Assembly: GCA_030390025.1 (NCBI GenBank) | Contig: CM059428.1 | Location: forward strand, 43,400,001-43,464,000 | DNA: 64,000 nucleotides | Origin: Squalus acanthias | Taxonomy: Eukaryota | Direction of reading: 5' to 3' | Shown: in pieces, positions 46,296-60,363 of the stretch | Position numbering within the stretch: position 1 is the first letter of the stretch | Layout of the letters: the number at the start of each line of letters is the position of its first letter | Notes under the pieces: generated by a model | What the model was told of the DNA's origin: nothing | The model's database searches: none | Seen by the model: only the letters and a program-made list of their open reading frames with translations | Program-made: the position numbers and the translations under genes

Positions 46296-48531
46296 AAGCT
46301 GTAGGGGATAAAATGCAAATCAACCACAAACCACCCTGTTTCTTCTGCACGTGTTTGTATTTTGGGTGAAAGTTGATCCTCCATTCTAGTCTTACATCAC
46401 TTTGCCACTTGTATATCACTGCCCTGGAGGAGTGAAGTAGACAACAGTTGACAGACAGTAATGTGCTCTGCTCCACTATTGCTGTGATCGTTAAATGGCA
46501 GCTCTCCTGATTTAGGTTCCATCTCCTGCTGCTAATTTCAAATTGCAGCCTGCCCACGCAGGATAAACAGACAAAAAATCAATTTAAAAATCAGCAGTGG
46601 GAGCCTGGACGGGAATTGGGAGGAACAGTTGCTATTTAAATATCACAGTGTTGAAGGAGTGGAACGGAGCAATATTTACTATTAACAGCCGATAAGAGTG
46701 AGCTCGGGGCTGCAACAAGGGGGCAGGTAATGTGGCTTCGAAACGGAATCACCCACACTGCTCCAGGAGTGGCCGAGCTACACTGCGGGATGGCAGCACT
46801 AGTGAAGGACTGCCTGCTGCTCTGTGTGCTGGGGCAATTCCCGGAGCCAGTTTCAGGAGCACCGGGGCGTTGTTGCCAGGGTGGCCGGGATTGGGATGGT
46901 GGTGACGGGGGAGGAGGGCAGGTTGTTTTTAGAGTTTTCCACGGTGACCTCTCCTCCAATGCCCGTTCACTTGCGCTGTGCAGTTGTGGCGCTGCTCAGG
47001 CACACCAGCTGCATAATTAAAAAAAGAAATTAGGAGCCTATTGAGCCTCGGGCACAACTTGTGCACTGGTGCCCAGCCCGCTCTGACTCACCACCTTATT
47101 TACACAAGCCAAGCACCTCAGGTATTTGGAAGGCGCCACACCTCATTTTCCCCAGGAAGGACGCACCATCATGTTATCAGCCCCATCTTTTCCAACAGAG
47201 TAAACAAAGCCGCTGTTTGTTCTTGTATAACTGATAACATTTTCGTGCACAAATCTTCCTAAATTCCTGGGTACATGCCTTACACATGAAGAAAGAGAAA
47301 AGCAGACAGAAATTCAGAGAGAGAGACAGAAAGAATTAGCCAGTGGAAGCAGAGCAGAATGGATTACAGAAATTCAGAGAGAATTAGAGAGGAGCAGAGC
47401 AACATTGACAGAAATTCAGGGAGAGGCCATAAAGAGAACAAAGTACTGGGACTAGAGGAATAGAATACAGAAGGGGCGGGGCGGGCGGGGGGGTAATGTT
47501 AAATTTAGATAGAACCTTGGTTAGACCACACTTGGAGAATTCCGTGCAGTTCTGGTCTCCACACTACAAAAAGCATTGAAGAAAGTGCCAAAAAAGATTC
47601 ACGAGGATGGGGGAATCCAGAACAAGAGGCACAATCTTAAATTTAGAGCCAGGCCATTTAGGAGTGAAATCAGGAAGCACTTTTTCCACACAAAGGGTGG
47701 TGGATCTGGAACTTGTTCTCCCAAAAGACTGTGAATGCTGGGTCAACTGAAATTTTAAACACTGAGATTGATAGATTTTTATTCGGTAAACATCTAAAGG
47801 ATTATGGAGCAAATGGATTTGAGGTGCTGATCAGCCAAGATCGAATTGAATGGCGGAATAGGCTCGATGGGCTGAATGGCCTCCTCCTGTTCCTATGATA
47901 GGGTAGATGTGGAAAAATTGCTTCCACTTGTGGGTGAGTCAAGAACAATGGGATATCAATATAAGATAGCCACTAACTGATCAAAAAAAGAATTTAGGAG
48001 GAATTTCTTTACACAAAGGGTGGTGTAGGGTTCCCAGCCCTCCCGCTATCTATCGGAATGGGTGATTGGTCTCTGAAACGTTGCTGCTGGTGACTCGGGA
48101 GAAACGGTCCGTGTATACGCGGTTCGCGCACCCGCAGTATCCTGGCTGTCGTGGCTTGCAGCCAATTCGCATTGTCTGGGCCTTGCTGGTCCCCCAGCTA
48201 TTGTCTCTCCTCATTCTTCCTACCAAAATGTATCTTTTGTGTGTTGAATTTCATCTGCCGTGAGTCCACCCATTCCACCAGCCTGTCTGTGTCCTTTTTA
48301 AGTCTATTACTATCCTCCTGATTGTTTACTACACTTCCAAGTTTTGTATCATCTGCAAATGTTGAAATTGTGCCCTATACCCCCAAGTCCAAGTCATTAA
48401 TGTCTATCATAAACAGCAGTGGTCCTAGTACTGAACCCGGGGGAACTCCACTGTACACCTCCCTCCAGTCCGAGAAACAGCCATTAAATAGAATATACAG
48501 CACAGAAACAGGCCATTTGGCCCAACCAGTC

Positions 48532-49069
48532 TGTTGTGGAGTAATTTCAAATCACTCAACAAAAGTTCGAGATCGAGAGTCCAAACAGCCTTTATTCGCA
48601 CCGGTGGGGAGACAGCCTGCTTGTGCCTTCGTCAAGCTTCTCCGAATTGTTACAGCAGTTCGTAGATATTTGTACATACAGTTTGATGTGCTATACATTG
48701 TTCCCGCCTCCCTTCTAGAATGTTCTGCGTTATAACATCAGTTTTTATCTCGTCAGCATTTGTTTACTGGCCCTTTGTCCCAGTCTCAAGAATCGTTGAC
48801 TTTGTGTCTGCTTCCTGATCTACTTAATGTCCTTGGGATATTGTTGGGCCGTCTGGTTTCTAGGATGGTTACACATCTTGAGCATCCCCTTTGTCTTGCA
48901 ACATTTGCATTTCTATGTTTTTGATTATATCTTGTAGCCAGCCCAGTTACACGATTATGTGAGATAATGCTAAACACCGCCTCTCCCGACCACCCCCGGC
49001 ACAGAGCTAAATCCCCACCATGCACCACCACTACACACCAACCCCCAGACATCTTCTTTCGCCCTTTCA
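48532..49069 (-). mobile_element. Solo LTR, ERV-like (538 bp)
   Basis: - strand TGAAAG...CAACA, 5-bp TSD CAGTC (48527-48531, 49070-49074), AATAAA ~60 bp from the 3' end; it interrupts a CR1 tail. Confidence 0.8.
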
Positions 49070-51376
49070 CAGTCCATGCCGGGGTTCATGTTCCACTCGA
49101 GTCTTCTCCCATCCTTCCTCATACGAACATACGACATACGTACAATGACGGACAGGTAAAGACCCTCTGGTCCATCTTGCCTGTCCCACACAATTGCGAT
49201 ACCTTGTGTATCACAATATATACACTCTCCACCCCACCCGAAACCATGTGATCTCCTGGGAGAGGCAAAAAAACATAAAAACCCAGGCCAATTTGGGGGA
49301 AAAAATCTGGGAAATTCCTCTCCAACCCATCTAGGTGATCGAAACTAGTCCAGGAGATCACTTTGGCCCTTAATTCCCTGCAGTGCCTACCTTCTGTAAG
49401 AGGTGATCTCCGCCCCAGCCAGAAACAGGTCCAGCTCTCGCTGGAAGGAATTCAGCGAATCAGAGTCCACCGCGCGTGACGGCAGCCTGTTCCAGAGGTC
49501 CACTACTCTCTGGGAATAGAACCATCTCCTGGTATCTAACCTAGATCTGGCCTTATATATTTTGGTAGAATGAGGAGAGGCAATATAAACTAAAGGGTAC
49601 AATCCTAAAGGGGGTGTTTGTGGGAGCTTGCTGTGCACAAATTGGCTGCCTCGTTTCCCCACATTACAACAGTGACTCCACTCCAAAAAAAAAGTGGCTG
49701 TAAAGTGCTTCGAGACGTCCGGTGGTCGTGAAAAGCGCTATATAAATGCAGGTCTGTCTTTTTTTCTAAAGAACCTGTGGTAATGTATGACTTTCGATTA
49801 GGGCAGGTCTGTCTTAGCTTTAACCATTCCCTGACACTCCTGCTCTCTGCTTGTGGGGGCGGTATCTGGCGCGTCTATCTTCTCGGGATGACGCTGCAGG
49901 CCGACAGTTTAAGAGAGCGGTGGTGGGTGTAGTGCAGGAGAGAGCGCGGAGAGAGAGAGCGAGAGCGAGCGCGAGCGTTCGTTCGTGTGAGGTAAGTGGG
50001 GTACCGGGGGTCCCGGCCACTGGGCTCGGTGTCGGATGCTTCCATCCATTACTTACCTTTAAATCTTTCTTTCTATTCGTTTGTGTTTTATTTATAGTGA
50101 GATGAGAATATGATGTATAAAAAAAAGTGTGAAGTATTTTATGGAGAGGGGTGGTTGGTGATTGAGGTAAATTCAATAACATTTGTAAATAGTGGACAAA
50201 TGTCATGTGGTTAAGCATCACGAGAGAAAAGAAAAACTTTCATTTATATAGCGCCTTTTGGGATGTCCTAGCGTGCTTTACAGCCAATGAAGCACTTTTT
50301 GAAGTGTAGTCACTGTTGAAATGCAGCAGCCAATTTGCGCACAGCAAGCACCCACAAACAGCAATGTGATAATGACCAGATAATCTGTTTTAGTGATGTT
50401 GATTGATGGGTCAATATTGGCCCTAGGACACCGGGGAGAACTCCCCCTGCTCTTCCTCCAAATAGTGCTGTGGGATCTTTTACATTCACCTGAGAGCAGA
50501 TGGTTTGTAAAGGGTAGAAATTCCAAAGTGGTAAGCAGAATTGCATGTTGTGGGGGTGGGCTTGGCAGAGAGAGGGAGAAAATTTGGTATGGAACTCTGA
50601 TACACTCTGCACCTTCTCTGGCAAATTGAGCTCCAGAGGTCGCAGTTGTTCCTTCGGCCCACAGTCCCATTACGTCCAAATCAATTTGCGTGGACATTCC
50701 TGCGCTACTCAAGAATCCTTTGGGATTGATTTAACTTCAAGCTGCCTCAATTCCCTTATCTTTGGCCAATTTTAAGCCTTTGGTTCTGCTCCAAGTTGTG
50801 CCTCAGTGGGGTGAGGCACTGCTGCTCCTGGTGTGGCAGCCACTGTGAATATTTAAAAGACCCTGGGGTAAAAATTCAGTTGGTTGCGCCTCCCGTTAGC
50901 GCCTTAAATGGGCGCTAATGGGGCGTTAAGGCGCTAACGCCCGGGCACAGCGCTGTTTGCGCCGCTCGAGAACTTAACTTGAGATTGTGCGGCGGCGCTA
51001 AAACTTACCGCTGCGACCACCTGCGCGCGCAGATTGTGACGTCAGTCCGTGGTGCAACGCCCTTGGGGCGCCCCGGAGCGGAAATTGAGTGGCGCCCCCT
51101 GCCTTACCGCCTGGCGCTTCCAACGACCGGAAGACTGGAACGTTATCAATCGGTGTGGGGCTGGGGGGGGCGCTATTTAAAGGGGGCCTCTTCCTGTCTT
51201 TTTCTGTGGTCGACATTTATGCACCACTCGTTCTGAGAGAGAGAGAGAGATTCGGAGAGAGAGAGAGAGAGACTTCTACATTGACTCAACGCTTTGTGAG
51301 GTAGTTTTGCCTAGTTCATCCTAACTTTGCTGCTACTTTCGTTGCTGTACCTCATTACTTTTCTGGCAAAGAGAAT

Positions 51377-52537
51377 ATGGGGGCTGCAATGATTGGGGGC
51401 GTCGTCCTGCTCCAGCTCAATCGGAGGAGAGTGAGACGCAGACAGAGAGTGGCAATGATGGCCAGACGGAGGAGGCCCATCAGGCGAATGTACAGGAGAG
51501 CTTACCCTCCCAGGGTATATCGTGAACAGCTCTCCTACATCCACATGTCCGAGGAGCTGTGTTTGCGAAGGCTGCGATTCAGCAAGGAGGTGGTCACTGA
51601 GCTCTGCCACCTGCTGCAGCCAGATCTGCAGCCTCAGCTGAGGTCCAGGACGTCTCTGTCGGTGGCAGTGAAGGTCACAGTGGCCTTGAACTTCTACGCC
51701 ACTGGCTCATTCCAAGCTGCTGTTGGGGACCTCGCCAATATCTCCCAGTTTGCGGTGCATCGCTGCATCCGGCAGGTCACCAATGCCCTCTTCACAAGGA
51801 GACGAGACTTCATCTCCTTCCCTATGACCCCAGACAAGCAGCATGACCATGCTATGGGCTTTGCGAGGGTAGCGGGCTTCCCCATGGTGCAGGGCGCCAT
51901 TGACTGCACGCATGTGGCTTTGCGTGCTCCGCGAGAGAATGCAGAGGAGTTCCGGAACAGAAAGGGGTTCCATTCCTTGAATGTGCAGTTGGTCTGTGAC
52001 CACAGACAGGTGATTCTCGCTGTCAATGCCCACTATCCGGGCAGCTGCCACGATGCTTTCATCCTGCGCCAGAGTACTGTGGCAGAAATTTTCGAGGCAC
52101 CGCATCAGCCAGTTGGTTGGCTTCTGGGGGACAAGGGGTACGCATTGAGCACCTGGCTGATGACACCGCTCCGTGCGCCAAACACCCCTGCTGAGCTGCG
52201 GTACCAGGAAAGCTAACAAGCAACGAGGAACATTATTGAGCGCACAATCGGCGTGCTCAAACAACGATTCCGCTGTCTGGACCATTCCGGAGGAGCCCTG
52301 CAGTACTCGCCTGAGCAAGTTTCCAAATTCGTAGTGATGTGCTGCATGTTGCACAACATGGCAATCCTCAGGACGCAGCCAATGCCACCAGGCCTTGCAG
52401 CACCACAAGAGGAGGAGGAGGAAGAGGAGGAACAGGCCGAGGACGATGATCAGCAGCAGCACCAAGGCAGGAGGGCGGCCCACAATGGTCAAACTGCAAG
52501 GGCCGTCCGTCAACGACTAATAGCAAGCCGCTTCTAG
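51377..52537 (+). pseudogene. Harbinger transposase with an in-frame TAA at 52214-52216, before the catalytic Glu
   Basis: ORF 51377..52216 stops at ELRYQES*; the frame continues QATRNIIERTIG... to TAG 52537. Confidence 0.92.
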
Positions 52538-52831
52538 GGCCCCTGCCAGTGCTACAAACACGAATCAACCCAGCACGCAACCCCTAAGCCGGCCAAGGCA
52601 CCAATAATTCCAACCACCAGCCATGTATATTTTGAATACAGAAACTTATTTATTGTACAAACTCTGTGTGTGTCAATTCCTCATGACAAACTCATAGAAA
52701 TAAACACAAAAAAACAGTCAATAACATAACTGGTTCTCACAACCTGGAGATAATGTCCAAAACACTGAACAAAAGTTGGGCCATGAACCTCGGCCTTTAA
52801 TAAAAAAATGACCAGCATTTTGGCACACCTC

Positions 52832-54903
52832 CTACTTTTTGCCCTTCGAGGGTGATCTCCTTCCCTTGCGCACTTCCCCCCTTCTAACCCTACTGCTCCT
52901 CCGTAATGGGACCTCAGTGGCTGCAGCAAGGCTGGTGGAAGGCTGCTGCTTGTCAGACCCTGACACTGCAGATGCCCCTGAAGGACGGCCTCGACCACTT
53001 CTGGGCCTGGAGGGCCCGGCTGCAGACTGCACCAACTCTGCATGGGCGGCAGCAGTCTGTCCTACAGGCGGTGGCAAGTGCAGTGGATGAGTGACAGTGT
53101 TGGCAGCAGGAATGCTGTCATCGTGAGAGAGGACAGCAACTCCCTGCTCGCCCGACACACTGGCACTCCCACGGGGCAGCACTTCAGCATCCGGAGCAAT
53201 TTGCCGGAGAACAGATTGCTGGCCTGCTGCGGTGCGGTGACAGCCCCGGGGACATGTGCACGAACCATCGAGGATGGCAGCAGTCAGTGCTCGCGTGGCC
53301 TCAATCTGAGTCTGCATGAGAGCAGGCTCAGATGGGTTCCTGGCAGCCAGTGACTGAATTGCAGCAGTAAGCTTTAGTGTGGCATCCGCCTGTGCTACAG
53401 CGAAGTGCTCCACACTCCTTGCCAGTGCCTCAATGCATTCGGGCACCCTTCCCACTGCACCCATGAGCTCAGTGTGCATGACCACCGCCTGGCTGTTGAT
53501 TTCTGCAATCAGCCGCTCCTCCTCTGCGTCCATTGCATTAGGAGTGTCTGGCATACTCTCCCTCTGGGGAGAAGGCTCCCGTTCTTCCCTCCCCCCCCCA
53601 TGGCGTTGCTGCAGCCCGCTGGGTCCTGGAACTTCACCATCATCAGCCCCTTCCCCCCTGCTCCCCCGTTCTTCCCTCCCCCCGCCATGGCGTTGCTGCA
53701 GCCCGCTGGGTCCTGGAACTTCACCATCATCAGCCCCTTCCCCCCTGCTCCCCTCCGGGGAAGGCGTGTTCCCAGTGTGGGCATGGGCTTCCTCGGGAGA
53801 GGGTGGCACTGATGCTCCGGCTTCCTCTTCCTCCTCAGCTGCAGCATCACTCCCAGTGGCAGCTTCAGGGACCATCTCCTCAGCTGGTGAATCACCATCT
53901 GAAAGCAGGGAGGTACAAGAGTGGCTTTAGCGTGAGGACAGGGTGGCAGTAAGGGAGGAATAAGTGCAGCGAGTTAGCAAGTTGGATTGAAAGTGTCAAA
54001 GGCTGGTATTGTGAGGGACAAGTGGAAGGACAGCGGACAAAAAGGTGATGACCTTACCGTTGCTGTCCACAACGGGGTCGGCGTCTCCAGTGGCGACAGG
54101 ACCGATCACCCGGCTTGCCACAATCCTGTGGACGCGCTCCTCCAGATCGCTGAGGGGTTGCAGCTGAAGCCGCCCTCCACCCGTCCGTTGCTGCTGTCTC
54201 CGATTATGAGCCAGCTTAGCCTGCAAGAAAAAGGACAGCATCTGAGTCAATATACAGCCATGGTCTTGCCTGATGTGCCTCCCATAGGTGAATAGCCCTT
54301 ACAATATGCAGCCATGGTCTTGCCTGATGTGCCTCCCATAGGTGAATAGCCCTTACAATATACAGCCATGGTCTTGCCTGATGTGCCTCCCATAGGTGAA
54401 TAGCCCTTACAATATGCAGCCATGGTCTTGCCTGATGTGCCTCCCATAGGTGAATAGCCCTTACTGTATGCAGCCATGGTCTTGCCTGATGTGCCTCCCA
54501 TAGGTGAATAGCCCTTACTGTATGCAAAGTGTGGAATGTGTGTGTGTGTTTGATGAAAGGGCCATAGGTGTTGCATGAGTGTTGTGCATTGGGGTTTTAA
54601 GACCCTCTGGCCATAGAGTGAGGTTGAGATGGAGGGATGGAGAGGTATTGAGAAAAAGCCACTCACCCTGACGACCCGAGTGAGGTCGTTGAACTTTTTG
54701 CGGCACTGGACATGGGTCCTGGGCACCATGCTCCTGGAGGAGACGCTCTGAGCCACCTCCCTCCACACTCTTCTGAACTCGCGTGGCAAAGGCCTCCTGC
54801 CACTCTCCGGGAACAGCATGCATCGTCTGCGCTCCACTGCGTCAACCAGAGCATCCAAGGCCCGCTCGGTGAAGCGATGAGCGCGTTCTCTCACCCTCTC
54901 CAT
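52832..54903 (-). CDS. Harbinger Myb/SANT-like protein, copy B, exons 54903-54667, 54220-54058, 53898-52832; 488 aa
   Basis: Same splice sites as copy A; in-frame 87-bp duplication in exon 3. Confidence 0.86.
54255..54524. repeat. 54-bp minisatellite, 5 copies
   Basis: Same unit as at 18182. Confidence 0.97.
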
Positions 54904-55567
54904 GCTTGGCAGCAAAATGGATTACAGGTCTCTCCAGGCTGAGATTCAAGGCTGCAATGAGCAGGGTGTGGCTGGGGAGCAAGTGGCCCCCCCCGCTTTA
55001 AGAAGTGTCCGGCACCAGTGTGTCTGTGTTCCCTCGCTAACTGGCAGCAGCTGCGCTGCGCTCGTGCGCTGAGTTAGCGCCTCACTCCTAGGCCTTTGCG
55101 CCTTAAGAGAGGTGTGCAGCGCCTAATTTAGCGCTCCACTCACCTCCCGGGGCGGTAAAAGTGAAGTTTCCTGTCAGTGCCGATAATTAGCGCCAGGCGC
55201 TAATATTTGCGCGCGGACGATATTTGCGCCCCAAATGGGGCGCGACCTAATTTCTACCCCCCTGTCTCTTGGATTGGGGACAGGGTCAATGGCAGACCTG
55301 AGTGGTAGGTGGAAGTGCTGCCCACGTAACCTCCAGGCTTGTGTCTTTGTCGCTCCCCTCCTCCCCCTCCATCATCATTCAGTAGTCGCACTCTTTCCTA
55401 CAAAAAGATATAGTTTCATGCGCCACATCACAAATTGAGCACACTCTTCTGACATTTTAGTGCAGTGCTGACGAGGTGCCACTTCATCACTAGTGGGTTC
55501 ATTTACATGAGATATTAAACCGCAGCCTGTCTGTTGAAGGGGATTCAAAAGATCGCATTTTACTCAG

Positions 55568-58500
55568 AGTCATAGAGTCAGAGTTATACGCACAGAAAGA
55601 GGCCCTTCGGCCCATCATGTCCGCGCCGGCCATCAAGCCCTATCTATTCTAATCCCATTTTCCAGCACTCGGTCCGTAGCCTTGTATGCTATGGCATTTC
55701 AAGTGCTCATCTAAATGCTTCTTGAATGTTGAGGGTTCCTGCCTCTACCACCCTTTCAGGCAGTCAGTTCCAGATTCCAACCACCCTCTGGATGAAAAAG
55801 TTTTTCCTCAAATCCCCTCTAAACCTCCTGCCCCTTACCTTGAAACTATGCCCCCTGGTTATTGACCCTTCTACTAAGGGGAAAAGTTCCTTTCTATCTA
55901 CCCTATCTATGCCCCATATAATTTTGTACACCTCAATCAGGTCCACCTCAGCCTTCTCTGCTCTAAGGAAAACAACCCCAGCCTGTCCAGTCTCTTTTCA
56001 TAGCTGAAGCGTTCCAGCCCAGGTAACATCCTGGTGAATCTCTTCTGCACCCTCTCCAATGCAATCACATCCTTCCTATAGTGTGGCGACCAGAACTGCA
56101 CACAGTATTCCAGCTGTGGCCTAACTAGTGTTTTGTACAGCTCCATCATAACCTCCCTGCTCTTATGTTCTATGCCTCGGGTATCCCATATGCCTTTATA
56201 ACCACCTTATCTACCTGTCCTGCTGCCTTCAGGGATCTATGTACGTGCACACCAAGGTCACTCTGATCCTCTGTCCTTCCTAGGGTCCTACCATTCATTG
56301 TGTATTCCCTTGCCTTGTTAGTCCTCCCAAAATGCATCACCTCACACTTTTCAGGGTTAAATTCAATTTGCCACTGTTCTGCTCATCTGACCAACCCGTC
56401 TACATCGTCCTGCAGCCTGAGGCTTCCCTCCTCGCTATTTACCACTCCACCAATTTTCGTGTCATCTGCGAACTTACTGATCATACCTCCTACATTCATA
56501 TCTAAATCATTAATGTACACTACAAACAGCAAAGGACCCAGCACCGATCCCTGCGGTACACCACTGGACACAGGCTTCCAGTCACCAAAACAACCTTCGA
56601 CCATCACCCTCTGCCTCCTGCCACTAAGCCAATTTCGGATCCAATGTGCCAAATTGCCCTGGATCCCATGGGCTCTTACCTTCTTGACCAGTCTCCCATG
56701 CGGGACTTTGTCAAAAGCCTTACTGAAGTCCATGTAGACTACATCAACTGCACTACCCTCATCCACACACGTAGTCACCCCCCCGAAAAATTCAATTAAA
56801 TTGGTTAGACATGATCTCCCCCTGACAAAGCCATGCTGACTATCCTTGATTAATCCTTGCCTCTCCAAGTGGAGACTAATTCTGTCCCTCAGAATGTTTC
56901 CAATAATTTCCCTACCACTGATGTTAGGCTCACTGGCCTGTAATTTCCTGGTTTATCCCTACTACCCTTCTTGAATAATGGTACTACGTTAGCTGTCCTC
57001 CAGTCCTCTGGCACCTCCCCTGTGGCCAGAGAGGTTCTGAAAATTTGTGTCAGAGCCCCTGCAATCTCCTCCCTTGCCTCACACAGCAGCCTGGGATACA
57101 TCTTGTCTGGGCCTGGGGATTTATCCACTTTTAAGCCCGCTAAAACCGCTAGTACATCCTCCCTCTCAATACTAATTTGTTCAAGTATATCACAATCCCC
57201 CTGCCTGATTTCTATGCCTACATCGTCCTTCTCCATAGTGAACACAGATGCAAAATATTCATTTAAAACCTCACCCACATCTTCCGGCTCTACACACAGA
57301 TTGCCACTTTGGTCCCTAATGGGCCCTACTCTTTCCCTGGTTATCCTCTTGCCCTTAATATACTTATAAAACACTTTGGGACTTCCCTTTATTTTGCCCG
57401 CCAATGTTTTTTCATGCCCCCTCTTCGCTCTCCTAATTTCTTTTTTAAGTACCCACCTACACTTTCTATACTCCTCTAGGGCTTCCACTGTTTTTAGTCC
57501 TTTGTATCTGCCAAAAGCCTCCCATTTTTTCCTAATCCATTCTTGTATATCCCTTGACATCCAGGGTTCCCTGGGCTTGTTGGTCCCACCCTTGACCTTT
57601 ACGGGAATATGTTGACGTTGTACTCTCTCTATTTCCTTTCTGAAAGACTCCCACTGCTCTGATGTGGATTTTCCTACAAGTAGCTGATCCCAGTCCACTT
57701 TGGCCAGATCCTGCCTTATCATATTAAAATTGGCCTTCCCCCAATTTAGAACCTTTATTTCCGGTCCATCTTTGTCCTTTTCCATGACTATCTTAAATCT
57801 CACCGAATTATGATCACTCTCACCAAAATGCTCTCCGACTGACACTTCTACCACTTGCCCGGCTACATTCCCTAGAATTAGGTCCAGTACCGCCCCTCTG
57901 TTGTTGGACTTTCTACATGCTGGCTCAAAAAGCTCTCCTGGATGCACTTTAAGAATTCCGCACCCTCTAAGTCTTTCACACTCTGACTATCCCAGTTAAT
58001 ATTGAGGAAGTTGAAATCCCCTACTATTATTACCCTATTATTTCTACACTTCTGAGATTTGTCTGCATATCTGTTCCTCTATCTCCCCCTGACTGTTTGG
58101 GGGCCTGTAGTACACTCCCAGCAAAGTGCTTGTCCCCTTTTTGTTTTTAAGTTCTACCCATATGGCCTCATTAGAGGAACCTGCTAAGATATCATCCCTC
58201 CTTACAGCAGTAATTGACTCCTTGATTAATATTGCGACACCCCCTCCTCTTTTACACCCCCCTCTGTCTCGCCTGAAGATTCTATACCCTGGAATATTGA
58301 GTTGCCAGTCCTGCCCCTCCCTCAACCATGTCTCTGTGATAGCAACAATATCATACTCCCATGTGTTCATCAACACCTTCAATTCATCTGCCTTACTCGC
58401 AAGACTCCTTGCATTAAAATAAATGCCATACAGCCTTGCCATACTCCCTTGTGCTGTTACATATTTGCTCTGCCTTCCAGGCTGACTTGTTTTTTCCTCT

Positions 58501-59890
58501 ATATTTGGCTGTGCATCACCCCCTACTATAGCTCCACTCCGTATCCCATTCCCCCTGCCAAGTTAGTTTAACCACCCCCCCTTCCCCCCCACCCCCCACC
58601 CACCCCCCTGCCAACAGTGCTAGAAAACCTCCTCGCAAGGATGTTGGTCCTGTTCTGGTTCAGGTGCAACCCGTCCGACTTGTACAGGTCCCACCTTCCC
58701 CAGAAGCAGACTCAGTGATCCAGGAAACTAAAGCCCTCCCTCCTGCACCAACTCTTCAGCCACGCATTCATCTGCTCTATCCTCCTATTCCTATACACAC
58801 TAGCACGTGGCACCGGGAGTAATCCAGAGATTACAACCTTTGAGGTCCTGCTTTTTAATCTGCTACCTAGCTCCCTAAATTATTCTTGCAGGACCTCATC
58901 CCTCTTTCTACCTATGTCATTGGTACCAATGTGAACCACGACCTCTGACTGTTCACCCTCCCCCTTCAGAATGCCCTGCAGCCGTTCAGTGACATCCTTG
59001 ACCCTGGCACCAGGGAGGCAACATACCATCCTGGAGTCACGTCTGCAACCACAGAAACGTCTATCTGTTCCCCTTACGATAGAATCCCCTATCGCTATTG
59101 CTCTCCCACTCTTTTTCCTCCCCTCCTGTGCAGCTGAGCCACTCATAGTGCCACGGACTTGGCTCTTGCTGCATTCCCCTGGGAAACCATCTCCCCCAGC
59201 AGTATCCAAAACAAAAAATCTGTTGGTGAGGGAGATGGACCCAGGGGACTCCTGCACTACCTTCTTAGTTCTGTTACTCTGTCTGGTGGTCACCCATTCC
59301 CTGTCTGCCTGTGCACTCTTTACCTGCGGTGTGACCACCTCGTTAAACGTGCTATCCAGGAAGATCTCAGCTTCGCGGATGCTCCAGTGACTCCAGCCGC
59401 AGCTCCAGCTCCGAAACACGGATTTCGAGTAGCTGCAGCTGGAGACACTTCCTGCACATGTGTTCGCCCTGGACACCGGAAGTGTCCCTGACTCCCCACA
59501 TAGCACTGGAGGAGCACTCCACGCTGCTGAGCTGCCCTGCCATGTCCTACCCTTAATTTACTCCCTTTACTTCCTTTAAATTAAAGAATATTAAATACAC
59601 TAGGGACCTTGCTTCCCTTTAAACACTACTTATTCTAAACTAGAGATCTTACTTTTACTTCAATGACTGGACTGTAGAAATATTCACCGGGTCTACTTAC
59701 CAATCAGCTCCTTCCCTGGTTGTGACATCACTTAGTGGTTTCGCAGTTGTTGTTGTTTGACTGCTCCCCGTCTCGGACTCTTTCCCAACTCACAGCATTC
59801 CGGTGTCGGGCCTCCTCTGCAGCGCTCCTTTATGGCCGATCCGCCTTCTCTCAGGTCCCGCTGCCGCTCCCACACAGGTCCACCTCCTCC
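55568..59890 (-). mobile_element. Near full-length CR1 LINE (another subfamily), frameshifted
   Basis: ORFs 58880..59506 (ORF1 esterase), 58044..58442 (APE), 56889..57947, 56383..56868 (KFADDTK), 55937..56149. Confidence 0.93.
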
Positions 59891-60363
59891 GGTCTATTCG
59901 AAGAGCGGGGAAGTTTTCTACTTTCCTGGCAAAAGTTATTCATCAACCAAAACTGGTCATTTATCTGATTGCTCCTGTGTTGCCTATAACAGCAGTGACT
60001 ACACTTCAGAAGTAATTCATTGTTTGTGAAGTGCTTTGGTATTTTTCTAAGGATATGAAAAGTGCTGTGTAAATGCCGGTTTTTATTTATTTCCTTTCCA
60101 CATTTCAGACAGTCTCTGTTTTTAAAAACACAACCAGGACCAAATCAAATAGCTTGAGGTTTAGAGTTGAGATATTTGGTTGGAGATTCTGTTGTTGATG
60201 TGCAAAGAAATAACTGTCATTTATATAGCACCTCATGTCTTTAGGATGTCCCAAAGTGCCTTCTAGCCAATAGATGACTTTGGAGGTGGAGTCACTGTTG
60301 TGTTTGCAGCTGTGGAAACTGATCGTCTTTTCTTGTTTTGACAGCTGTCGAGGAGAGCAAAGT

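Larger units (their letters stand above)
50865..55260 (+). mobile_element. Full-length PIF/Harbinger transposon, copy B
   Basis: Same TIRs as copy A; TSD CCT (50862-50864, 55261-55263); flanks unrelated to those of copy A. Confidence 0.95.

Noticed and set aside
46933-47033. TM exon for gene B
   Set aside because: The phase-compatible reading (EFSTVTSPPMPVHLRCAVVALLRHTSCIIKKRN) has no hydrophobic run long enough, and there is no similarity to the gene A TM exon.
14877-55260. Harbinger copies as part of the segmental duplication
   Set aside because: They have different TSDs, unrelated flanks and a different offset.
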